Source: Bugula neritina (Eukaryota > Animalia > Bryozoa). Taken from it: a DNA stretch of 64,000 nucleotides. The notes under the pieces were generated by a model. That model had not been told where the DNA came from and ran no database searches. It worked only from the letters and a program-made list of their open reading frames with translations. Each line of letters starts with the position of its first letter. The stretch's first letter is position 1. The position numbers and the translations under genes were made by a program. Shown here one piece after another: positions 1 to 11,819 of this stretch. Where the stretch lies: the NCBI GenBank assembly GCA_964035545.1, contig OZ037769.1, positions 9,764,633-9,828,632 on the forward strand. The letters run 5' to 3'.

Positions 1-1201
1 CCAAAAGTGCCTAAATGTGCTAAAAAGTGCCTAAATATGCCTAAATATGCCTAAATGCGCTAAAAGTGCCTAAATGTGCTAAAAAGGTCCTAAAAGTGCC
101 TAAATGTGCTAAAAAATGCTTGAATGGGCCTAAATGTGCTAATAGTGCCTAAATGTGGTAAGATGTGGCTAAATGTGCTAAAAAGTGCCTAAATGTGCCA
201 AAATGTGCTAAAAGTGCTTAAATGTGCTAAAAAGTGCGTAAATGTGCTAATAGTGCTCAAATGTGCCTAAATGTGCTTAAAGTGCCTAGATGTGCTAAAA
301 AGTGCGTAAAAGTGCCTGAATGTGCCTAAATGTGCTAAAAGTGACTAAATGTGCTAAATAGTGCCCAAATGTGCCTAAATTTGCTAAAAAGTGCTTGAAT
401 GTGGATAAATGTACTAAAGGTGCCTAAATGTGCCAAAAGCGCCTAAATGTGCTAAAAAGTGCCTAAAAGTGCCTCAAAGTGCCTAGATATGCCTGAATGT
501 GCTAAAAAGTGCCTAAATAAGCCTGAATGTGCAAAAAGTGCCTAAATGTGCGTAAATGCGCTAAAAGTGCCTAAATGTGCTAAAAAGGTCCTAAAAGTGC
601 CTAAATGTGCTGAAAAATGCTTGAATGGGCCTAAATGTGCTAACAGTGCCTAAATGTGCTAAAGAGTGCCTAAATGTGCTAAAAAGTGCTTGAATGTGCA
701 TAAATGCGCTAAAAAAGCCTAAATGTGCCTAAATGTGCTAATAGTGCCTAAATGTGCTAAAAATTGCCTAAATGTGCTAAAAAGTGCCTAAAAAAGCCTG
801 AATGTGCTAACAGTGCCTAAATGTGCTAAAAAGTGCCTAAATGTGCTAAAAAGTGCTTGAATGTGCATAATAGCGCTAAAAAAGCCTAAATGTGTCTAAA
901 TGTGCTAATAGTGCCTAAATGTGCTAAAAATTGCCTAAATGTGCTAAAAAGTGCCTAGAAAAACCTGAATGTGCTAACAGTGCCTAAATGTGCCTAAATG
1001 GGCCAAAAAGTGCCTAAATAAGCCTAAATGTGCTAAAAGTGCCTAAATGTGCTAAAACGTGCCTATATGTGCCTAAATGTTCTAAAAGTGCCTAAATGTG
1101 CTAAAAGTGCCTAAATGTTCTAAAAGGTGCCTAAATCTGCTAAAAAGTGCCTAAATGTGCTAAGAAGTGCCTAAATATGCTAAAAGTGCCTAATTGTGCA
1201 A

Positions 1202-4200
1202 AAAAGTGCCTAAATGTTCTAAAAAAAGCCTAAATCTGCTAAAAAGTGCCTAAATGTGCTAAGAAGTGCCTAAATGTGTTAAAAAGTGCCTAAATGTGCC
1301 TAAAAGTGCCTAAATGTGCTAAAAAGTGCCTAAATGTGCTAAAAAGTCCCTAAATGTGCTAAAAGTGGCTAAATGTGCTAAAAAAACCTAAAGGTGCTAA
1401 AAAGTGCCTAAAGATGCTAAAAAGTGCCTAAATGTGCCAAAAGTGCCTAAATGTGCTAAAAAGTGCCTAAAAGTGCCTAAATATGCCTAAATGTGCTAAA
1501 AAGTGCCTAAATAAGATTGAATGTGCAAAAAGTGCCTAAATGTGCCTAAATGCGCTAAAAGTGCGTAAATGTGCTAAAAAGGTCCTAAAAGTGCCTAAAT
1601 GTGCTGAAAAATGCTTGAATGGGCCTAAATGTGCTAACAGTGCCTGAATGTGCTAAAAAGTGCCTAAATGTGCCTAAATGTGCTAAAAGTGCCTAAATGT
1701 GCAAAAAAGTGCCCAAATGTGCCTAAAGGTTCTAAAATCCCTAAATGTGCTAATAGTGCCTAAATATGCCTAAGTGTGCTAAAAAGTGCCTAAATGTGCC
1801 TAAATGTGCTAATAGTGCCTAAATGTAATAAGAAGTGCCTAAATGTGCTAAAAAGTGCCTAAATGTGCCTAAATGTGCTAAAAGTGTCTAAATGTGCTAA
1901 AAAGTGCCTAAACGTGCTAAAAGTGCCTAAATGTGCTAAAAAGTGCCTAAATGTGCTCATACTGCTCAAATGTGCCTAAATGTGCTTAAAGTGCCTAGAT
2001 GTGCTAAAAAGTGCGTAAAAGTGCCTGAATGTGCCTAAATGCGCTAAAACTGCCTAAATGTGCTAAAAATGTCCTAAAAGTGCTTAAATGTGCTCAAAAG
2101 TGCTTGAATGTGCCTAAATGTGCCAAAAGTGCCTAAATGTGGTAAAAAGTGCCTATATGTGCCTAAATGTGCCAAAAGTGCCTAAATGTGCTAAAAAGTG
2201 CCTATAAGTGCCTAAAAGTGCCTAAATATGCCTAAATGTGCTAGAAGTGCCTCAATGTGCTAAAAAGTGCCTAAATAAGCCTAAATGTCCTAAAAGTGCC
2301 TAAATGTGCTAAAAAATGCCTAGAAGTGCCTAAATGTGCCTAAATGTGCTAAAAGTGCCTAAATGTGCTAAAAAGTGCCTAAATGTGCCTAAATGTGCTA
2401 AAAGTGCCTAAATGTACTAAAAGGTGCCTAAATCTGCTAAAATGTGCCTAAATGTGCTAAGAAGTGCCTTAAATATGCTAAAAGTGCCTTATTGTGCCAA
2501 AAAGTGCCTAAATGTTCTAAAAAAAGCCTAAATCTGCTAAAAAGTGCCTAAGTGTGCTAAGAAGTGCCTAAATGTGTTAAAAAGTGCCTAAATGTGCCAA
2601 AAAGTGCCTAAATGTGCTAAAAAGTGCCTAAATCTGCTAAAAAGTGCCTAAATGTGCTAAGAAGTGCCTAAATATGCTAAAAGTGCCTTATTGTGCCAAA
2701 AAGTGCCTAAATGTTCTAAAAAAAGCCTAAATCTGCTAAAAAGTGCCTAAGTGTGCTAAGAAGTGCCTAAATGTGTTAAAAAGTGCCTAAATGTGCCAAA
2801 AAGTGCCTAAATGTGCTAAAAAGTGCCTAAAGGTGCTAAAAAGTCCCTAAATGTGCTAAAAGTGCCTAAATGTGCTAAAAAGTGCCTAAAAGTGCCTAAA
2901 AGTGCCTAAATATGCCTAACTGTGCTAAAAGTGACTAAATGTGCTAAAAAGTGCCTAAATGTACCTAAATGTGCTAAAAGTGCTCGAATGTGGATAAATG
3001 TGCTAAAAGTGCCTAAATGTGCCTAAATTTGCTAATAGTGCCTAAATGTGCTAAAATTGCCTAAATGTGCTAAAAAGTGCCTAAATGTACCTAAAAGTGC
3101 CTAAATGTGCCTAAATGTGCTAAAAGTGCCTAAATGTTCTAAAAAAAGCCTAAATCTGCTAAAAAGTGCCTAAATGTGCTAAGAAGTGCCTAAATGTGTT
3201 AAAAAGTGCCTAAATGTGCCTAAAAGTGCCTAAATGTGCTAAAAAGTGCCTAAATGTGCTAAAAAGTCCCTAAATGTGCTAAAAGTGGCTAAATGTGCTA
3301 AAAAAACCTAAAGGTGCTAAAAAGTGCCTAAAGATGCTAAAAAGTGCCTAAATGTGCCAAAAGTGCCTAAATGTGCTAAAAAGTGCCTAAAAGTGCCTAA
3401 ATATGCCTAAATGTGCTAAAAGTGCCTAAATAAGATTGAATGTGCAAAAAGTGCCTAAATGTGCCTAAATGCGCTAAAAGTGCGTAAATGTGCTAAAAAG
3501 GTCCTAAAAGTGCCTAAATGTGCTGAAAAATGCTTGAATGGGCCTAAATGTGCTAACAGTGCCTGAATGTGCTAAAAAGTGCCTAAATGTGCCTAAATGT
3601 GCTAAAAGTGCCTAAATGTGCAAAAAAGTGCCCAAATGTGCCTAAAGGTTCTAAAAATCCCTAAATGTGCTAATAGTGCCTAAATATGCCTAAGTGTGCT
3701 AAAAAGTGCCTAAATGTGCCTAAATGTGCTAATAGTGCCTAAATGTAATAAGAAGTGCCTAAATGTGCTAAAAAGTGCCTAAATGTGCCTAAATGTGCTA
3801 AAAGTGTCTAAATGTGCTAAAAAGTGCCTAAACGTGCTAAAAGTGCCTAAATGTGCTAAAAAGTGCCTAAATGTGCTCATACTGCTCAAATGTGCCTAAA
3901 TGTGCTTAAAGTGCCTAGATGTGCTAAAAAGTGCGTAAAAGTGCCTGAATGTGCCTAAATGCGCTAAAACTGCCTAAATGTGCTAAAAATGTCCTAAAAG
4001 TGCTTAAATGTGCTCAAAAGTGCTTGAATGTGCCTAAATGTGCCAAAAGTGCCTAAATGTGGTAAAAAGTGCCTATATGTGCCTAAATGTGCCAAAAGTG
4101 CCTAAATGTGCTAAAAAGTGCCTATAAGTGCCTAAAAGTGCCTAAATATGCCTAAATGTGCTAGAAGTGCCTCAATGTGCTAAAAAGTGCCTAAATAAGC

Positions 4201-5041
4201 CTAAATGTCCTAAAAGTGCCTAAATGTGCTAAAAAATGCCTAGAAGTGCCTAAATGTGCCTAAATGTGCTAAAAGTGCCTAAATGTGCTAAAAAGTGCCT
4301 AAATGTGCCTAAATGTGCTAAAAGTGCCTAAATGTACTAAAAGGTGCCTAAATCTGCTAAAATGTGCCTAAATGTGCTAAGAAGTGCCTAAATATGCTAA
4401 AAGTGCCTTATTGTGCCAAAAAGTGCCTAAATGTTCTAAAAAAAGCCTAAATCTGCTAAAAAGTGCCTAAGTGTGCTAAGAAGTGCCTAAATGTGTTAAA
4501 AAGTGCCTAAATGTGCCAAAAAGTGCCTAAATGTGCTAAAAAGTGCCTAAATCTGCTAAAAAGTGCCTAAATGTGCTAAGAAGTGCCTAAATATGCTAAA
4601 AGTGCCTTATTGTGCCAAAAAGTGCCTAAATGTTCTAAAAAAAGCCTAAATCTGCTAAAAAGTGCCTAAGTGTGCTAAGAAGTGCCTAAATGTGTTAAAA
4701 AGTGCCTAAATGTGCCAAAAAGTGCCTAAATGTGCTAAAAAGTGCCTAAATGTGCTAAAAAGTCCCTAAATGTGCTAAAAGTGCCTAAATGTGCTAAAAA
4801 GTGCCTAAAAGTGCCTAAAAGTGCCTAAATATGCCTAACTGTGCTAAAAGTGACTAAATGTGCTAAAAAGTGCCTAAATGTACCTAAATGTGCTAAAAAG
4901 TGCTCGAATGTGGATAAATGTGCTAAAAGTGCCTAAATGTGCCTAAATTTGCTAATAGTGCCTAAATGTGCTAAAATTGCCTAAATGTGCTAAAAAGTGC
5001 CTAAATGTACCTAAAAGTGCCTAAATGTGCCTAAATGTGCT
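1202..5041. repeat. Head-to-tail tandem duplication of a 1920-bp unit in satellite A (~1202-3121 and ~3122-5041)
   Basis: Listing lines 1261/3181, 1321/3241, 1741/3661 and 3001/4921 are identical. Differences seen: four 1-bp homopolymer indels and one substitution. Confidence 0.92.
2431..2829. repeat. Nested ~199-200 bp tandem duplication inside the 1920-bp unit (also present at ~4351-4748)
   Basis: The diagnostic string aatctgctaa...gtgccttattgtgccaaaaagtgcctaaatgttctaaaaaaagcc starts at 2431 and again at 2631. Confidence 0.85.
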
Positions 5042-8000
5042 TAAATGAGCTAAAACTGCCTAAATGTGCGAAAAAGGTCCTAAAACTGCCTAAATGTGCG
5101 AAAAAGGTCCTAAAAGTGCCTAAATGTGCTAAAAAGTGCTTGAATGTGCCTAAATGTGCTAAAAGTGCCTAAATGTGGTAAAAAGTGCCTATATGTGCCT
5201 AAATGTGCCAAAAGTGCCTAAATGTGCTAAAAGGGTCCTAAAAGTGCCTAAATGTGCTAAAAAGTGCTTGGAAGTGCCTAAATGTGCTAAAAAGTGCATA
5301 TATGTGCCTAAATGTGCCTAAATGTGCCTGAATGTGCTAAAAGTGCCTAAATATGCTAAAAAGTGCATAAATGTGCCTAAATGTGCTAAAAGTGCCTAAA
5401 TGTGCTGGAAAAGGCCTAAATGTGCTAAAGAGTGCCTAAATGTGCTAAAAGTGCCTAAATGTGCCTAAATGCGCTAGAAGTGCCTAAATGTGCTAAAAAG
5501 GTCCTAAAAGTGCCTAAATGCGCTTAAAATGCCTAAATGTGCTAAAAAGTGCGTAAATGTGCCTAAATGTGCTAAAAGTGCCTAAATGTGCTAAAAAGTG
5601 CCTGAAAGTGCTTAAAGTGCCAAAATATGCCTAAATGTGCTAAAAGTGCCTAAATGTGCTAATAGTGTCTAAATGTGCCTAAAAGTGCCTAAATGTGCCT
5701 AAATGTGCCTAAATGTGCTAAAAGTGCCTAAAAGCGCCTAAAGGTGCCTAAATGTGCCTGAATGTGCTAAAAGTGCCTAAAAGTGCCTAAATGTGCTAAA
5801 AGTGCCTAAAAGTGCGTAAATGTGCCTAAATGTGCTAAAAGTGCCTAAATGTGCTAAAAAGTGCCTAAATGTGCTAATAGTGCCTAAATGTGCCTAAATG
5901 CGCTTAAAATGCCTAAATGTGCTAAAAAGTGCGTAAATGTGCCTAAATGTGCCAAAAGTGCCTAATTGTGCTAAAAAGTGCCTAAATGTGCTAAAAAGTC
6001 CCTAAATGTGCCTAAATGTGCTAAAAGTGCCTAAATGTGCTGAAAAGTGCCTGAAAGTGCTTAAAAGTGCCAAAATATGCCTAAATGTGCTAAAAGTGCC
6101 TAAATGTGCTAAAAAGTGCCTAAAGGTGCCTAAATGTGCCTAAATGTGCTAAAAAGTGCTTGAATGTGGATAAATGTGGTAAAAGCTCCTCAATGTGCCT
6201 AAATTTGCTAATAGTGCCTAAATGTGCTAAAAGTGTCTAAATGTGCTAAAAAGTGCCTAAACGTGCTAAAAGTGCCTAAATGTGCTAAAAAGTGCCTAAA
6301 TGTGCTCATACTGCTCAAATGTGCCTAAATGTGCTTAAAGTGCCTAGATGTGCTAAAAAGTGCGTAAAAGTGCCTGAATGTGCCTAAATGCGCTAAAACT
6401 GCCTAAATGTGCTAAAAATGTCCTAAAAGTGCTTAAATGTGCTCAAAAGTGCTTGAATGTGCCTAAATGTGCCAAAAGTGCCTAAATGTGGTAAAAAGTG
6501 CCTATATGTGCCTAAATGTGCCAAAAGTGCCTAAATGTGCTAAAAAGTGCCTATAAGTGCCTAAAAGTGCCTAAATATGCCTAAATGTGCTAGAAGTGCC
6601 TCAATGTGCTAAAAAGTGCCTAAATAAGCCTAAATGTCCTAAAAGTGCCTAAATGTGCTAAAAAATGCCTAGAAGTGCCTAAATGTGCCTAAATGTGCTA
6701 AAAGTGCCTAAATGTGCTAAAAAGTGCCTAAATGTGCCTAAATGTGCTAAAAGTGCCTAAATGTACTAAAAGGTGCCTAAATCTGCTAAAGAGTGCCTAA
6801 ATGTGCTAAGAAGTGCCTAAATATGCTAAAAGTGCCTTATTGTGCCAAAAAGTGCCTAAATGTTCTAAAAAAAGCCTAAATCTGCTAAAAAGTGCCTAAG
6901 TGTGCTAAGAAGTGCCTAAATGTGTTAAAAAGTGCCTAAATGTGCCAAAAAGTGCCTAAATGTGCTAAAAAGTGCCTAAATGTGCTAAAAAGTCCCTAAA
7001 TGTGCTAAAAGTGCCTAAATGTGCTAAAAAGTGCCTAAAAGTGCCTAAAAGTGCCTAAATATGCCTAAATGTGCTAAAAAGTGCCTAAATAAGATTGAAT
7101 GTGCAAAAAGTGCCTAAATGTGCCTAAATGCGCTAAAAGTGCGTAAACGTGCTAAAAAGGTCCTAAAAGTGCCTAAATGTGCTGAAAAATGCTTGAATGG
7201 GCCTAAATGTGCTAACAGTGCTTGAATGTGCTAAAAAGTGCCTAAATGTGCCTAAATGTGCTAAAAGTGCCTAAATGTGCTAAAAAGTGCCCAAATGTGC
7301 CTAAAGATTCTAAAAATCCCTAAATGTGCTAATAGTGCCTAAATATGCCTAAGTGTGCTAAAAAGTGCCTAAATGTGCCTAAATGTGCTAATAGTGCCTA
7401 AATGTAATAAGAAGTGCCTAAATGTGGTAAAAAGTGCCTATATGTGCCTAAATGTGCCAAAAGTGCCTAAATGTGCTAAAAAGTGCCTATAAGTGCCTAA
7501 AAGTGCCTAAATATGCCTAAATGTGCTAGAAGTGCCTAAATGTGCTAAAAAGTGCTTAAAAGTGCCTAAAAATGCCTAAATATACCTAAATGTGCTAAAA
7601 GTGCCTAAATGGGCTAAATAATGCTTAAATGTGCCTAAATGTACTAAAAGTGCCTAAATGTGCTAAAAAGTGCCTAAATAAGCCTAAATGTCCTAAAAGT
7701 GCCTAAATGTGCTAAAAAGCGCCTAAAAGTGCCTAAAGTGCCCAAATATGCCTAAATGTGCTAAAAGTGTCTAAATGTGCTAATAAATGCCTAAATGTGC
7801 CTAAATGTACTAAAAGTACCTAAATGTGCTAAAAAGTGCCTAAATGTGCCTAAACGTGCCAAAAGTCCCTAAATGTGCTAAAAAGTGCCTGAAGGTGCTT
7901 AAAAGTGCCCTAATAAGCCTAAATGTGCTAAAAGTACCTGAATGTGCCCAAATGCACTAAAAGTGCCTAAATGTGCTAAAAAAAGTCCTAAAAGTCCCTA

Positions 8001-8322
8001 AATGTGCTAAAAAATGCCTAAAAGTGCCTAAATGTGCCTAAATGTGCTAAAGGTGCCAAAATGTGCTAAAGTGTGCCTAAATGTGCTAAAAAGTGCCTAA
8101 ATGTGCTAAAAGGGCCTAAATGTGCTAAAAAGTGCCTAAAAGTGCCTAAAAGTGCCTAAAAGTGCCTAAAAGGGCCTAAAAGTGCCTAAATATGCATAAA
8201 CGTGCTAAAAATTGCCTAAATGTACTAAAAGTGCCTAAATGTGCTAAAAAGTGCCTAAAAGTGCCTAAATGTGCTAAAAGTGCCTAAATGTGCTAAAAAG
8301 TGCCTATATGTGCCTAAATGTG

Positions 8323-9287
8323 CCAAAAGTGCCTAAATGTGCTAAAAAGTGCCTAAATATGCCTAACTATGGCTAAATGCGCTAAAAGTGCCTAAATGTG
8401 CTAAAAAGGTCCTAAAAGTGCCTAAATGTGCTAAAAAATGCTTGAATGGGCCTAAATGTGCTAAGAGTGCCTAAATGTGGTAAGAAGTGGCTAAATGTGC
8501 TAAAAAGTGCCTAAATGTGCCAAAATGTGCTAAAAGTGCTTAAATGTGCTAAAAAGTGCGTAAATGTGCTAATAGTGCTCAAATGTGCCTAAATGTGCTT
8601 AAAGTGCCTAGATGTGCTAAAAAGTGCGTAAAAGTGCCTGAATGTGCCTAAATGTGCTAAAAGTGACTAAATGTGCTAAATAGTGCCCAAATGTGCCTAA
8701 ATTTGCTAAAAAGTGCTTGAATGTGGATAAATGTGCTAAAGGTGCCTAAATGTGCCAAAAGTGCCTAAATGTGCTAAAAAGTGCCTAAAAGTGCCTAAAA
8801 GTGCCTAAATATGCCTAAATGTGCTAAAAAGTGCTTAAATAAGCCTGAATGTGCAAAAAGTGCCTAAATGTGCCTAAATGCGCTAAAAGTGCCTAAATGT
8901 GCTAAAAAGGTCCTAAAAGTGCCTAAATGTGCTGAAAAATGCTTGAATGGGCCTAAATGTGCTAACAATGCCTAAATGTGCTAAAGAGTGCCTAAATGTG
9001 CTAAAAAGTGCTTGAATGTGCATAAATGCGCTAAAAAAGCCTAAATGTGCCTAAATGTGCTAATAGTGCCTAAATGTGCTAGAAATTGCCTAAATGTGCT
9101 AAAAAGTGCCTAAAAAAGCCTGAATGTGCTAACAGTGCCTAAATGTGCTAAAAAGTGCCTAAATGTGCTAAAAAGTGCTTGAATGTGCATAAATGCGCTA
9201 ACAAAGCCTAAATGTGCCTAAATGTGCTAATAGTGCCTAAATGTGCTAAAAATTGCCTAAATGTGCTAAAAAGTGCCTAGAAAAGCC
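8323..9287. repeat. Dispersed diverged copy of 1..~965 (offset 8322); a further partial copy at ~10091-10780 matches ~570-1270
   Basis: Same ordered series of rare variants (ggtcct, aaatgcttgaatgggcc, gtgctcaaat, gtgactaaat, gtggataaat, ctgaaaaatgcttg) with scattered substitutions. Confidence 0.85.
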
Positions 9288-9440
9288 TAAATGTGCCTAA
9301 ATGGGCCAAAAAGTGCCTAAATAAGCCTAAATGTGCTAAAAGTGCCTAAATGTGCTAAAAAGTGCCTAAATGTGCTAAAAGTGCCTAAATGTGCTAAAAG
9401 TGCCTAAATGTGCTCATACTGCTCAAATGTGCCTAAATGT

Positions 9441-9912
9441 GCTTAAAGTGCCTAGATGTGCTAAAAAATGCGTAAAAGTGCCTGAATGTGCCTAAATGCG
9501 CTAAAACTGCCTAAATGTGCTAAAAAGGTCCTCAAAGTGCCTAAATAAGCTAAAAAGTGCTTGAATGTGCCTAAATGTGCCAAAAGTGCCTAAATGTGGT
9601 AAAAAGTGCCTATATGTGCCTAAATGTGCCAAAAGTGCCTAAATGTGCTAAAAAGTGCCTATAAGTGCCTAAAAGTGCTTAAAGTGCCTAGATGTGCTAA
9701 AAAGTGCGTAAAAGTGCCTGAATGTGCCTAAATGCGCTAAAACTGCCTAAATGTGCTAAAAAGGTCCTAAAAGTGCCTAAATAAGCTAAAAAGTGCTTGA
9801 ATGTGCCTAAATGTGCCAAAAGTGCCTAAATGTGGTAAAAAGTGCCTATATGTGCCTAAATGTGCCAAAAGTGCCTAAATGTGCTAAAAAGTGCCTATAA
9901 GTGCCTAAAAGT
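9441..9912. repeat. 236-bp tandem duplication in satellite A
   Basis: gcttaaagtgcctagatgtg starts at 9441 and 9677; ctaaataagctaaaaagtgcttg starts at 9541 and 9777. Confidence 0.85.
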
Positions 9913-10950
9913 GCCTAAATATGCCTAAATGTGCTAGAAGTGCCTAAATGTGCTAAAAAGTGCCTAAATAAGCCTAAATGTCCTAAAAGTGCCTAAATGT
10001 GCTAAAAAGTGCTTAAAAGTGCCTAAAAATGCCTAAATAAGCCTGAATGTGCAAAAAGTGCCTAAATGTGCTAAAAAGCGCCTAAAAGTGCCTAAATGTG
10101 CTAAAAAGGTCCTAAAAGTGCCTAAATGTGCTGAAAAATGCTTGAATGGGCCTAAATGTGCTAACAATGCCTAAATGTGCTAAAGAGTGCCTAAATGTGC
10201 TAAAAAGTGCTTGAATGTGCATAAATGCGCTAAAAAAGCCTAAATGTGCTAATAGTGCCTAAATGTGCTAGAAATTGCCTAAATGTGCTAAAAAGTGCCT
10301 AAAAAAGCCTGAATGTGCTAACAGTGCCTAAATGTGCTAAAAAGTGCCTAAATGTGCTAAAAAGTGCTTGAATGTGCATAAATGCGCTAACAAAGCCTAA
10401 ATGTGCCTAAATGTGCTAATAGTGCCTAAATGTGCTAAAAATTGCCTAAATGTGCTAAAAAGTGCCTAGAAAAGCCAGAATGTGCTAACAGTGCCTAAAT
10501 GTGCCTAAATGTGCCTAAATGGGCCAAAAAGTGCCTAAATAAGCCTAAATGTGCTAAAAGTGCCTAAATGTGCTAAAAAGTGCCTATATGTGCCTAAATG
10601 TGCTAAAAGTGCCTAAATGTGCTAAAAGTGCCTAAATGTTCTAAAAGGTGCCTAAATCTGCTAAAAAGTGCCTAAATGTGCTAAGAAGTGCCTAAATATG
10701 CTAAAAGTGCCTAATTGTGCCAAAAAGTGCCTAAATGTTCTAAAAAAAGCCTTAATGTGCTAAAAAGTGCCTAAATGTGCTAAGAAGTGCCTAAATGTGC
10801 TAAAAAGTCCCTAAATGTGCTAAAAGTGGCTCACTGTGCTAAAAAAGCCTAAATGTGCTAAAAAGTGCCTAAATGTGCTAAAAAGTGTCTAAATGTGCTA
10901 TAAGTGGCTAAATGTGCTAAAAAGTGCTAAGAAGTGCCTAAATGTCCTAA

Positions 10951-10970
10951 AAAGTGCTTCTGCAAGATAC
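10951..10970. other. Abrupt satellite A / satellite B junction (aaagtgctt|ctgcaagatac)
   Basis: The last A monomer variant (aaaaagtgctt, elsewhere followed by gaatg) is joined directly to the B monomer ctgcaagata with no spacer. Confidence 0.93.
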
Positions 10971-11819
10971 TACAACATACTGAAATACACTGTAACATAC
11001 TAAAATACAGTGCAAAATAATGAAATATACTGCAACATACTGAATTATACTACACGATTTTGCAACATACTGAAATACACTGTAACATACTGAAATACAC
11101 TGCAACATACTGAAATATACTGCAACATACTGAAATATACTGCAACATACGGCAACATACTGAAACACACTGTAACATATTGGAACACACTGCAACACAT
11201 TGAAATATACTGCAACATACTGAAATATATGGTAACCTACGGGAATATGTTGCAAACTACTGAAATATACTGCAACATACTGCAAGATAATGAAATATAC
11301 TGCAACATACTGAATTATACCGCAAGATACTGCAACATACTGAAATACACTGTAACATACTGAAATACACTGCAACATACTGAAATATACTGAAACATAT
11401 CGAAATATACTGCGCAATACTGCAACACACGGAAGTACACTGTAACATACTGAGATACACTGTAACATACTGATATACACTGCAAATTACTGAAACATAC
11501 TGCAACATACTGAAATATACTGCAAGATACTGCAACATACTGAAACATACTGCAACAACTTAAAATTTACTGCAAAAAACTGCAACATAATGAAGTACAC
11601 TGTAACATATTGAAATACACTGCAACACATTGAAAAATACTGCAACATACTGAAATATGCTGTTGAATACTGAAATACAGTGCAACACACTGACGTATAC
11701 TATAATATACAGAAATGTACTGTAAAATACTGAAATATGCATCAACATACTGAAATATACTGCAAGATACTGCAACATACTGAATTACACTGTAACATAC
11801 TGAAATACAGTGCAACATA

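Larger units (their letters stand above)
1..10959. repeat. Satellite A: ~10-bp tandem array, monomers GTGCCTAAAT / GTGCCTAAAA / GTGCTAAAAA / GTGCTAAAA (9 bp), typical 19-20 bp dimer AAATGTGCTAAAA(A)GTGCCT; open at the left window edge
   Basis: Continuous tandem monomers in one orientation from base 1 to ...aaaaagtgctt (10959). No ORFs in the track start here, because TAA (+ strand) and TAG (- strand) occur in nearly every monomer. Confidence 0.98.

Noticed and set aside
1-10959. Canonical telomerase-made telomere tract or G-quadruplex array
   Set aside because: The unit is a degenerate 9-10-mer with kb-scale duplicated variant patterns and only GG doublets on the minus strand. It is kept only as a telomere-related hypothesis.
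10951-10970. Transposon end or target-site duplication at the junction
   Set aside because: No terminal inverted repeat, LTR end, poly(A) tail or TSD is visible.
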